DNA of 64,000 nucleotides from NCBI GenBank assembly GCA_964057225.1, contig OZ059895.1:16740001-16804000 (forward strand), in the 5' to 3' direction. The stretch is from Auanema rhodensis (taxonomy: Eukaryota > Animalia > Nematoda). Below the pieces are notes generated by a model. The model saw nothing but the letters and a program-made list of their open reading frames with translations. It ran no database searches and had not been told where the DNA came from. Below, piece after piece: positions 1 through 15,600 of the stretch (positions are counted from its first letter, which is position 1; each line of letters opens with the position of its first letter). Made by a program: the position numbers and the translations under genes.

Positions 1-325
1 TCAAGCTATTCGAGCGTAATTTCTAAATGCATCATTCCCATTAAAATGCTTCTTTTTAAGGAACGAAAAAACGAATTTCTTTCGAGCTAAATTCATGCAA
101 CTTTTCGCTGTCATTGAAATATTAGGCGAAGACAATTTTGGTGTCGCACGAACATTACGAGGTAATAGGACAGGAACAGCTGCCAAGCCACACAAAAAGA
201 AAGAAGAAGAGCCTGTAAGTCACGTCTCTATAAAATGGTTATATTCATATATGGTTTAGGAAGAGACCACTCCTACGAAAAAGAAAAAACCGCGTATCAT
301 ACACTTGGATTCTGACAGCGATTAA
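1..325 (+). CDS. 3' end of an unidentified protein-coding gene (partial, last three exons)
   Basis: Exons ~1-15, 61-213 and 261-325 with GT..AG introns splice in frame to ...QAIRANEKTNFFRAKFMQLFAVIEILGEDNFGVARTLRGNRTGTAAKPHKKKEEEPEETTPTKKKKPRIIHLDSDSD*. The basic KKKKPR patch looks like an NLS. Family not recognised. Confidence 0.7.
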
Positions 326-3300
326 GCTTGAAGTTTTATTTTTCGTACACAACTAGTCTGGCACACGGGTGAAGTGCTTCCAATTGATGGTCTTCTTATT
401 TTCCTTTGTCGATCACTCCTACTTACGTGTAGCCATAATCTATTTCTGCTTGATTTTTTAAAAAAAGCAAACAAAGTTAATGGTTCATAACCTAAGCATT
501 CTTAACTGGAAACATTGATGTTACTTCATTCATCTTGAGTATGTCATAGTCATGGTCCCTTTTGGAATACTCTGCGTCTCGTTCAAATCCTTCGTCGTCA
601 TTCATGTGCTCTCTCTCCCTCATTCTTTATCTCTCTGCTCTGGGCTGCATTTTGTCTAACCTCCGGAGCTCTTGTTCTTTCGTAGTGACTAGAAGAATGA
701 GCGAAATTCGTTTCTTTCCAGCTTCATCTCATAATTTTTAAATTATTTTTACGGTGATTCAATGATCTGCTTGCTTGGTGGTTGCACGAAGCGTCTGGAG
801 CTTTTGCTCGATGTCATAGTCATTTCGTTGTGATGCGAGTTTTCGCAACATGGAAGAAATCACATTTTTAGGTGATAGGTTAAATTATTTTTTCTTTTTC
901 TTATTAATTAGTCATTATTTTCCCGGTAGAAAAGTGATCATTAAACAGTTCCTTATTTATTAGATTTCCTGTTGCAATCCCGTAAACTCTTTTAATGAAT
1001 TTTGAGAGATATTTTCATACTCATGTAGGATGTAAAAGAAAAAAACCCAAGTTAGGAAAAGCTTGCCTTTTTTCAAGAATCGTGTTTTTGTTGAAATTAG
1101 CAATTTTGCAATTCCATTATTGATCAAAGACTTCAGTCAAATTTTGTTTTATGTGATCCCTAAAGGATACGAATTCATGGTTTCTTGATCGTGGTGATCA
1201 GGTGTCTACAAATTCTAATGTTTTCTGTTTTGTATAGAAGCATAGCTCTCCCCACCTCTCTATTCCTACGTCTTTTTCTTGCTGTCTTTTTAAGATTGTA
1301 TTTTCAATATATAATTGAGCGAGCACAGAACTCATCTCTGTGCATGTATTCTCATAAATTTCGGTCTAAATAACTTTAATGTTATATCAGCTTTCGTTGT
1401 TTCGACATATTCTAACATTTAAAATATATTTTATAAGACTTTGCGGGTAAAAGTTTTTGTCTATACTTCTTCATCTCTTTTCTTTTCTTCTCATCTTTCA
1501 TCATCTCCCACTTCCCAACCGTTGCAACTGTACGGGTTGAAGCTTTTGTATAGGTTGTTGCAGCATATTGTATTGAATAAATATCTATTTCAAGATTTTC
1601 TCTATAAAGATGTTGTAACCATATTTTTCTGCTTTTTTCCATTAGTCTTGGATTTCAAGCACAATTTTAAGTGTTTTGCTTTTGTTATTTTTCAGGAAAA
1701 ACAAATAATAATAGAGCACGTTTCAAGATCGTTTCTCTAGCTTGTACCTGCAGTCCTCTCATACCAAACTCAATGCCCATTCTCAACAATTCTCTTTCTT
1801 TTCTTTTCAGCTACCCACAACAGTCTTATGCGTAAACTTCATGACTGTAAACTGGATCATGTTTATCGTGCGAGCTTTCATGTTCATCAATTTTGTCCGA
1901 ATTTTCCCATGAGCTTTTGATTGTCTTCATATATATGCTCTAAAACTTGATAAAGAGAATTCTGGCTTTGTTGTGAGCATCATCAACTTTGTCATCAGCT
2001 CACATCAGCGGTCCCGACTCCAACACAACCGTCAGCATAGTCGTCATCAACATTGGTTACATGGTAGGAGAAACCTGACAAACAACCTGCTCGTGATCGT
2101 TCTTCTAGTTGCTTATCGATTTATCTCTCGTACCTACTAAAAAAGATTTTGTGAATGATTTTTTTGTTTCAAAACTTTTTTTGTTTACTGAGTTCATTAT
2201 TTAATTACTAAATGTAACCCTAAGTTGCTGTGCACTTTTATTTCTTGCGAAACTTAAGAACTGTTTTTTCAGTTATTTTCATTATTCTTTATTTGTTTTG
2301 AAACTTAGATACTATCGTTCACTTCAAAGTTATTATACTTGCTTCAACTTATCTTCTTCACCTTTCTTGTTCTTCCTTATTTTTATTTTTTTATGATTCA
2401 GTGGCTGATTTTTATCACAGCTCTTGCAAATGCTTCAGCAAGCATGCTTGACCGTTGAACAGAGCAACGTTTTGACAAGTTACCAGTTGTTCAACTTAGT
2501 CAATATGCTGAAAATTGAAGGGTAAGCTTCTTCTGCTACCATTTACGAGCACAAGCTAATTGATTTTTTCTCTTGTTTGTTTGTTTGTTGCCTACCTATA
2601 AGGTCCGATCTATTTGTTCTTCTAATATTCAGTTCTTTTGTTATTGAAAACAGTCTTAAATATAAGTAATCTCTTTGAAGTTTTTATTTAATTTTTTTAC
2701 ATAATCTTTTAATTATTTTTCATGAAAAAAATCAATTTGTAGTCTTCAACATGTGTCCGTTTTCATTTCTCCAAATATTTGTCTAATTGACTCATTCAAT
2801 GATCATATTTTTATTCCTTAAAACCTGCTACTAGAACGTTTTAAAGTTGTTGGCCATCAAAATTAAAAATTGGAAGAAGGCTCTTGGTTGTAAATCATTT
2901 TCACGTAATCCACAACGAAACATTCGGAAACAGCTGGTTGTGAAAGTGAAAGGAGCGAGAAAAGATATTGCCTAGATCGTGTTTTTTTCAAAACTGAACG
3001 GCTAGCCAAAAAAACTTAAACTTTGAACGTGATAGTTGCCTACTTGCAACTTTAGCCTAGGCCCCATTCTCATAGCTTCATTTTTAGGCGACGCATAAAA
3101 ACCGGTCTGGGGGAGTTCATATCTCCACCGATCACAACACGAACTAGCCCACTCTCCTTTTTTCTAACCCAATAAACGAGAAATTGGAGAATAATATTGA
3201 TTAACTACTATTTTATATTAAGAAAAGGCTGTTATTTCAGAATCGCTATGTTCTGTTAGTTTGCAGTTAAAAAAAATTGAAACAAGTAGTTTTGTTGGTA

Positions 3301-4716
3301 TAAGCCTTCAGATTTGTATGTGTCCTTCTTCTCAGGTTTTCTTTTTTATTGTCGTTCGTTACAACTTTATTTCTTGCTGTTTTTTGTGTTTATTTACCTC
3401 GCATTTCCAGCGATATGTCCTGTTCTTTCACTCTATTTCCTATCTCTTTCAAACAAAAAGATTTTTATTAAGAATATGTAGTTCGTTTCCACGTCAACCT
3501 CTCTTGTCCTATTACCTTATTCGGCCTTCCCACTTTAGTATATTCATTTGTAAAACATTAAATTCTTTTTTTTTACTTTTCATTTTCGGGAGAATTTTCA
3601 CTTATTGTGAACAATGTTTTTCAAACTTTATAAATCTGTGGACGGAAACAGTCACAAGCTCATTTAATACACATGTGTGCTGTGTATTTTTCAAATTTTT
3701 ATTTGAGTTATTTCTATCGGTTTAAACGACGGTTGTTGGAGTTCTTTCTTTCCTTAAACGGATTACGTAAGTAAACACAAAAACAGCTTGTGATTCTTGA
3801 AACTACTCAACATCAGACTTCGCCTGACAGCAGAAGTTCTATTTCGCCCTTCTACTCGAGCAATGACGTCGATATGCTTCAACGAGATACCGCAATATTC
3901 CATGAACAGGGATTATAAAGAAGCCCCTTTTGCTTCCGTTTCGGTTACTCCGATGTACAATTTCAGTCTTTCATCTATTTTCTGCTTTTCTCTTCTTTCC
4001 TCTCTTTTTCTATTTGACTTGACTTTTCACACTTACCTCAGCTTTTTCTTATGAAATTTTAATTTAAAGTAAAGTGTCTTATCTGTTATTTTTATCTATA
4101 AAACTTCATATGATTTTTATATAAATAAATCTTAACTCTTCTATGTTAACTAGCCATTATTTCTCTCTCTCTTCCTCTCTCTCTTTCCCTCTCCCTCTCT
4201 CTGCCTTACTCTCTTTCTTTCTTTCTTTTTTTCTTTCTTTCTCTTCTATTTTCTTTCTCTCTTTCTATATAAAGAGAACAGGATTTAGATTGGAATGACT
4301 TAATCATTGATTGTTTCTCATGATCGTTCATAGTGTACGCATATATTTCACGTTTTCACGTCATTTTTGAAACGTCAAGCCCATTTTTCCAAATCAACTT
4401 CCTTACATTTCAGATAAGACGCTGAGATGATGAGCTTGTAGCTCGTCTGTTCTGTCGTTTTACTCGATAACTGTTTATCATTCAATTAATATTTCAAATT
4501 TATTGTAAGTATTCTACTCATAACTATCGTCCAACAGCTATCAAATACTCATCCGCTTATTCAACATACAAACTGCCTATATCGGTTATTCACTATCTGT
4601 ATAGCGACATATTATACTGTTTTTCAAATATAGTTGGTCCAACTGATTCGTTAGCCGCGTTGTCATACTATAGCAACTAGGTAAAATCATAACTTCCGGG
4701 AATATACTAAGCTCAA

Positions 4717-8523
<3,807 letters not shown>

Positions 8524-9011
8524 ATCTTTATTTGTAATTAGTTCTCAAATAATTCACGTGATATGTATATGATTCGATCATAAAGATATTTATATTATTA
8601 TTCAAGCTTGATACAAGTTCCAAAAAATGTTTTTTCACTACTATGAACGTGCAAAACCTCTATCAATCTTAAAAACAGGTTTTTGTGTAAAAGTAAAAAT
8701 TCAAAAGTAGTAGTCTACATACTTTGATGAAAAAACAATAATTTGAATAACTGATATATGTACCTGAAATACAAATATCAAATAAGAATCCATAAAACGT
8801 TTACAAAACAATTTTTACAATGGTTATTTTATATCCATTTCAAACAATAAATGTATAAATACTTCTGGTTAGTTTTGATATGAAATAATACCGAACAATC
8901 TATATTATCCAAAGAAATTTACAATATATTTTCTCAACATACAAACATAAACTATAATAGAAGGGGAAAAGAATACGGTATGTCATTGAAATTATGCGTA
9001 CGTAATTGATC

Positions 9012-9019
9012 GGCGCGAA
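9012..9019 (-). promoter_or_regulatory. E2F (EFL-1/DPL-1)-type site TTCGCGCC upstream of spd-2
   Basis: GGCGCGAA on + is TTCGCGCC on -. It is a GC/CpG spot in a very AT-rich intergenic region ~220 nt upstream of the spd-2 ATG. Confidence 0.5.
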
Positions 9020-9238
9020 TACAAATTATTTAAAGCATAGTTGTATTTATTGTTGTTATTTATGTTTATTTTTATTATTTCAATAGATTAAGCTACATAT
9101 ATCACTAATTACATGAGGGAAATAAAGTAGTAACAAAATTATGAAACCTAATTTCTATATTTCTTAATAAAACTACAATGTTATATAATTTTTTTTATTA
9201 GTGCTTACTGCTCATTATTGAGTAATCCTGCTGCCCAA

Positions 9239-12200
9239 ATGATAGATGATGACGAATTTGCTCCACATGATAACTTTGATAACGAATCCTTCGATGACTT
9301 CGATCTAGGTCCTGAAGGTATACGCATCACAAAACAATCAAATTAATATGATATGGTTTTAAGGAGGGAGCTTAAACGGCTCTATTTATGATACAGACCC
9401 CCAGCTATGTTCAATAGAAGTTAAGCAATCTTCTTTTCCGGGAAAGTATGATTATATTTTCATTTGATTATGTTAGTTTTCTTGTTATAGGAATCCAAAA
9501 GCTCCATTGTCGGTTATACCAGAAGAATCAAGAATCGATACTGATATTATATCTTGTAATTATAATATATGAATTAGTGTACAGTAATATTATCCATTTA
9601 GCTGAAAAGGAAAATATGGATAGCGATCCTTTTGGAACATCATTTGGAATGAGATGCTCGTTTAAAGGATCTAATGCTAATATTAATGAAAGTGGTGGTT
9701 TTGCCAGTTCTGGTTAGTCTTAATATCTTTTCTTTATTTTACTTCATATGTTCAGCTGATGCTATGAAATTGTTCAAAAAAGCTGAAGAATCTTTCGATA
9801 AGTCAGGTAGGGCCCACTTTCTTAGTGAAGATCCAAGGTATAATTTTATGCTGTTTCCTCTTATTATTGAAGTTTTTGTAGATTTGACTGTATGAATTTT
9901 AATAAAGAAAATAGTTGGGAACCTTCTCCTCCAAGTTATTATACTAAGTAGATTTGGTTTTTTTGAAATAACTTATCGAATTTGTTCAGAAACAAAGATG
10001 ATCCGTCTTCCACTCCTAAACGAGGTACAGATCGTCCCAATTCTTCCTCATTTTTAAAGCAACGAAGTTTAAACGAACGGCACCAGTTAGTTAAGGTTGT
10101 TTTCATGTTTTAACGCCTTTTTTATAAGTTTATCGTCATTTCAGGAAACTCGATTTAAAGATTGTGATGACGATGAAGACAAAGAGCTTCCTGTTAAGTC
10201 GTTGCGTGATCATGCTACAACTCCTCGAAAACATAATAGGATTGGTAGTCGAGTGGTCGCTGATAGAGTAGCATTTTTTTAATAGTAAATTCATTAAATT
10301 AGCATTTGTAGGCCGTTCTTTCTCCAGAAAGTAAATCCATGACTACCAAGGCAAGTACTCCGAATGGTAGAGGTATGATCTCAGATATTAAGTGTTCATG
10401 ATTTTGCTCGTAGGTATTGCTCCTCTTCCTGCATTTGATATATCAGCAATTCCAGCTGAAAATTTAGAGAATACTTCAGATGAGTTTTTCCGAAGAGGTA
10501 TTATCATAATATGTCATATTTTAAATAATATTTCTTTTTATGTTTGGGATCTACAAGCAAAAACAATAACTGTGCCGATGATACGGGTGTTTCGGATGTT
10601 AGTTCTATTAACCAATCTGCTGTAAATAATATTTTAAGTGTAAGTACTATTTTTCTTTTCGTGCAAAGCTCCAATTACGTTTTTATAGGCTGGTAAACAT
10701 GAAAGCTGTGATGCTCTTATAGAAAGATTAGAAATGATCCGGAAGCGGGGACCATTACTACATAGGTAATGCTCCCAATTTAACTTTTAATTTAGTTTTA
10801 GCTTCAGAACTGCTGGAAGAAGTTTTATGCCCCCACCTCCCCAATGTTTATCTATAGTAAAAGTATCGTTCAAATCATCTGTTATACTGATTTATATTAA
10901 TATAATTTTAGGAAAAGGAAAATGATATCGCTGCCAAATTTGAAAATCTTAGTTTATTATCGAAAAATAAATCGAGATATGAGCAAGAGACTGAAAAGTA
11001 AAGTTTTACTTTTTAAATTTCATTCATTAATCAATGTTTGTTTAGAAAAAGGGAAACTAGCATGCATGAAAGCAATCAGCCCTTACGTCCTCTCTCTACG
11101 GCTATGACCTGTAGAAATGGTACTGTTATGAACTCACGTCCTTCAACAGGCATGAGTTCTCGACCACCTACTGGTATGAGTTCTCGTCCACCTACTGGTA
11201 TGAGCGTTGGTTCTCAATCTGAAAAGTAAGCTTTCCTGAATTCCGATAAGTTTTTGCTATTCTTCCTTTCCAGTCCACTTAGAATTGATTCTCGTTATTT
11301 AATGTTCGGATTTCTGGAAGTAGGAGATTCAGAAATTCTTCACGTTAATCTCACTAACAGAACTAATCAACCTATGCGACTCAAGTTAACACTGAGAAAT
11401 TCAAACTGTGGCTATACGGTGAGTCCTAGCATATGAGCTCGCTATTATAATGCATTTCAGATAACTAGCGGAGGTCTTATGTCTTTGAAAGCATCAGAGA
11501 CAATGCCTGTCTCTGTTAGTTTTAAGCCTAATGAATATGCTCGTGTTAACAATACTTTAATAGTTTCAATCATATCCGGCTCGCATACAGGCTTGAATTA
11601 TTCAGTTGGAAACACTTACTTCCTTTATATGAAAAACAAATCACTTCTAGGTATTCTTACGAGGATCTGGAGGTGTGGCTAATGTAGTTCCTGAACCTCA
11701 AAAAGATTTAATGGTCACATCAAATAAAGGATTCTTTATTCGTACTGCTAATAGAAGTAGCTTGTCTCTGGAAGTAAAGAACAAAGGTGTAAGGTAAGAT
11801 TGATTTATGGCCTTTTCTTCCATAATGCTAACTATTATACATTAAGGGAAGCTTTCTGTAAAGTTTTACTATTATATGGTGGCTCAGAATTACCAACTCA
11901 GATGAGCCCTTCATCGTGTTTTGTTTTAAAGCGAAATCATTCTCATGTAATTTTATTAATTGTCTGATCTATCATATTTCTATTTATCTCAGAATGTTGT
12001 CATTGAGATCAGCAATCTCCAGTCTTATTTAAGCTCTGATTTTCGTTCATCTTCACACTCATTAGGCGGCTATGCTAGCTCAGTATGTGTCTTCAAGCAA
12101 TATATTTACACACAATTACTTGGTTATAGCGAAATTCATCTATGTCTTCCCAACATGGTCAAGCTGATATGAAAATAGTGTTGTTATGGGGTGAAGAATG

Positions 12201-12673
12201 TCAACGACAACGTGTTAAATGGTATTTGGATTCTTTTTTTCCATTTAACGTAAATATCTCTTAGCTTCTCAAAAAAGTACAGAAAGAATGTGGATGTACA
12301 AGATGTAGATTTTACTGTTCCATTCCTTGGCGAACAAACAGAATTTGCTCCTCCGGAAGATTTTCCTGTACAGCCGAAAGATGTTACAATCTTTTCGGCT
12401 TATTTGAGAAAAACAGAGATACCAGTATAGTTCATAAATGAATCACTTTTATTTACTCTGAGAAATTCAGGTTGTATCTGTGTTTGCCTCTAGTTCCATG
12501 TCAGCTCTGCCAATTGATTGTGATGCCACATTTGGGCCTGATACAACTATTATGTATAGGTATGTGTAATTTTTTTTGAAAAACCAATGTAACTTTGATT
12601 CATCAGGAATCCTACCGATCGTACAGTTGTCGGTGATGTGACAGTTGCAAACCCTTTACGTCGTGGAGACTAG
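9239..12673 (+). CDS. spd-2: Centrosomal protein SPD-2/CEP192 (acidic N-terminus, ASH/SPD2 domains), many short exons
   Basis: Acidic start MIDDDEFAPHDNFDNESFDDF and S-T-P motifs. ASH domain PLRIDSRYLMFGFLEVGDSEILHVNLTN...VSVSFKPNEYARVNNTL...VFLRGSGGVANV. Second domain VKNKGVREAFCKV and LWGEECQRQRVK, matching SPD-2/CEP192 signatures. Stop TAG at 12671-12673. Confidence 0.85.
11132..11205 (+). repeat. Coding 24-nt tandem repeat (SRP[S/P]TGMS x3) in spd-2
   Basis: tcacgtccttcaacaggcatgagt / tctcgaccacctactggtatgagt / tctcgtccacctactggtatgagc. Confidence 0.85.
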
Positions 12674-15600
12674 AAGAACTTTATAATCCCTTGAAACTTA
12701 CATAGGGTAAAATAAAAATACAATACTTTATGCTTCAACTTACTTCTATTTTGTCAGCGCATCTCACTGTATCATTGTCTAGGACTAAATATGGCCAAGG
12801 TTTTGAATATAAATATAAATATATATATATACTTATATATTTATATATATACATATGTATGTTGTATCCTTTTCTGCTCAACTTATTCATAACTGTATTA
12901 CGAAAAACTTACTTAATCTCAGATCCAAGTTTCATTTGAATTCCTATAATGTAGCATATTTTCAATGAGTGTATTATACAAGCTTTTCTTCTACTTTTCT
13001 TCTTTTTGTCTTCGTTTTTCATTGCATCTCTAACAGTTTTAAGTCAATAGAAATGTATCATTATCTGTCTGCTTCATCTTGGCATGTAGTTGTCTGCCAT
13101 TTGACAGCAGATGACAGGATAAAACTTACGAAAAGCGTTTATAATATAATATTATTTTCAAGTAGTGTGGCTTTCTCCTATTACTTATTTCGCTATTATT
13201 ACAGCTAATCTTTTAATTTGCTTTCCCTTTTTTTTAGACCAAAATATTGTCATTTGAATTTGTTTGCCGTCGTTCTGGCAACTTTTATGGAATATGTTAT
13301 GTTTCGTCGACCTTTGTGTTTTACCCTGACTCTAGGCTTCATATCCTATTCATTGCTGCTCATTCTGAGCTTCAATGTCTGAGGTCAATATGAATATGAG
13401 CCTGTTCAAAGGACTTAAAAAGCAATTGTCCGCCCTTTTTTGCAAATCTTAGATTCGATCGACACCCGAAGTTCTTCACTTGCTCTAGCAATTTGTTTTC
13501 CTCTTAAGAAGTGTTATTTAACTGAAGAGTCAGTCATAATTTAATTTTTCTCCACCATGTGTTTCGAAAAGATTTTATGTGTATTTGAGAGTATATGTTA
13601 TCATTCTACTACTTAGGGCTGACCTTATTAATACTTATCTAACTTCAGTAGACTTAATAGTTATGTCCATATATTTCTCCGTTTATATACTCTGTTCAAA
13701 GCACTAGGAACTCAAAATGATGTCTGGAGAGGATTGGCAAGAAGAGGCTTGGGAGCTTCTGAAGGACCGATGGGGAAACGCAATCGATGTTCCCATCTTT
13801 TCTCCTTTTGCCGTGTCCTTTTCGATTTGCACAGCTTTCCTCCTGAGTTGCATGCATCAATTTCCCGGATGAATTGATATTGGATAATGGAAGAATCATC
13901 AGCATACGTTCATTCTTATATGTCGCCCAGCACATCACGCAACGCCTCGTGCCAGTCGTAGTATGTATGACTAATTCAACTTATTCAGGCCATTGGCTAA
14001 TTATAAAATCTGAAGAATATATTAAGTTTTTTTTAAGAGATGTAACTATTGTAGACGCTCTGGCGATAAATTTCATCTGATTTCATAACTACGTTATGCT
14101 AATGAGTATGCTAATCATACACTTGTTTTATTATTCTTTTCACGACTGCACTGTTCGGTTGCATTTAGGGGAGTTCCTTTATTTTTACTTATAATATTCT
14201 ATCAAGTTCATGTAACCTTTGAGTTACTTTATGACAAGTTTGTATTATTGTGACATTCTTTTCGTCTCATGTTTCTCTCTTGTTCGTGTACCTATCTTCG
14301 TGCTTTACTGTAGAATTCTAGCGATTTTTTTTCACGGACGACAGATCACATTAATTTCGTTAGTCCTACTGGCCTCTCTCACTCGTCCATTTTCCTCATC
14401 ACAGTTTGTCGACCTCTATTTCTGCTCCGCTGAATAATTTCCACTTTGTCTTCCTGCCTTTTCTTCCTCATTCTAAGTTCTTTGCTATATTATCTTTTGA
14501 TTTTAAGTTATTTAGCAATATATGAATTGCTAGTCAACATTTCTGTTCTGAATGGTTTCTGCAATATCCTGAGGTGGTTCAATCATTAAAGCGTCTTTAC
14601 TTTTAAGATAGAAAGTGCTCGTAATCGTTTGAGTTTAATCTTTTTCGACACTTGACATGATAGATGCTGTGCGAACTTATTTTGGTATGACTAATGATCT
14701 CACTACTCATTGTAGCGTTAAGGCTGTCCTTAAGAAAGACAGAATTGCAATTACAAACATAATATTGTGAATTTCACATCTGTTGTTTCTCTTTTGTTAG
14801 TTGTCACAGAAAAAACATCGAAAGGAGTTTTGGCTAATGTAATTGCCATATAATCCAATTGATCTTATCTTAGACCATTGCGTAAATGTCACATAACAGC
14901 TGTTGTTCGTCAGATATGAACAATATTAAAACTTCAGTTAGCTGCGTTTTTCCGTCTTGAATGAGGTACAACGTCACAACGTTTCATTCTTTTGTCAATT
15001 ACGTTGACGACCTTCTAAGATTGACAAATGAGCCAAGTATCCAAATGTTGTCACTACTTTCTCTACTTGACTCTCAGGCACCGATCATCGGGAACTTCCA
15101 GCTGAGAACGCAGAAATGACCTTACCAGCATTTGTACGTTCTAATTAGGCTGTAGAAGAGGCTTATAGAACGAAGACCCAGAGGAAACATAGGAATACAA
15201 CCAGCTGTTTGTATTAACTGGTTAGTCAGCTTGGCTAATGACGTCCGTTCTATTGCGATACCAGCGTAGCTGATGCTATTGCTGTCGCATATATATCTAA
15301 GGTTCATACATCCGATCGTGTTCGATTGGTCATTTGATGAGTAATTGGATATCTGCTCAGTGTTTCTCCTCACTCTACCCGTAACAGGCCGCACATATAC
15401 ATACATTTGTTCTGGACCACAACACAAAGTGGCCGGTCAAATGGATATATGTATGTGTAGAAGACGATGTGTTGAAAGAAGATGATCAAAGGAAGTAACA
15501 CTTACCGATGAATTCTTTCCCTTTCCTTTTCTCACTTCTTTCTCTTCCTTTCTCTCGCTCTTATTATATCACTTTCTTCATATCCATTTCCTCCAGCGAG

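Noticed and set aside
541-600. GTTCAAATCC B-box-like sequence suggesting a tRNA or Pol III gene
   Set aside because: No cloverleaf, acceptor stem or convincing A box.
850-2530. Possible upstream NEDD4 first exons (ATGs near 850, 1828 and 2505) and an ATG-less open frame at 1913-2140
   Set aside because: Donor phases do not match the phase-0 acceptor of the C2 exon, or the frames hit stops; not supportable without transcripts.
3051-3090. Scattered TTAGGC/GCCTA(G) words suggesting a telomere-addition or DNA-elimination site
   Set aside because: Isolated hexamers are expected by chance; there is no tandem array or recognisable elimination motif.
13840-13860. In-frame TGA-x-x-Cys (UxxC-like) suggesting a selenoprotein
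   Set aside because: It depends on a speculative intron, and no SECIS or recognisable selenoprotein fold was seen.
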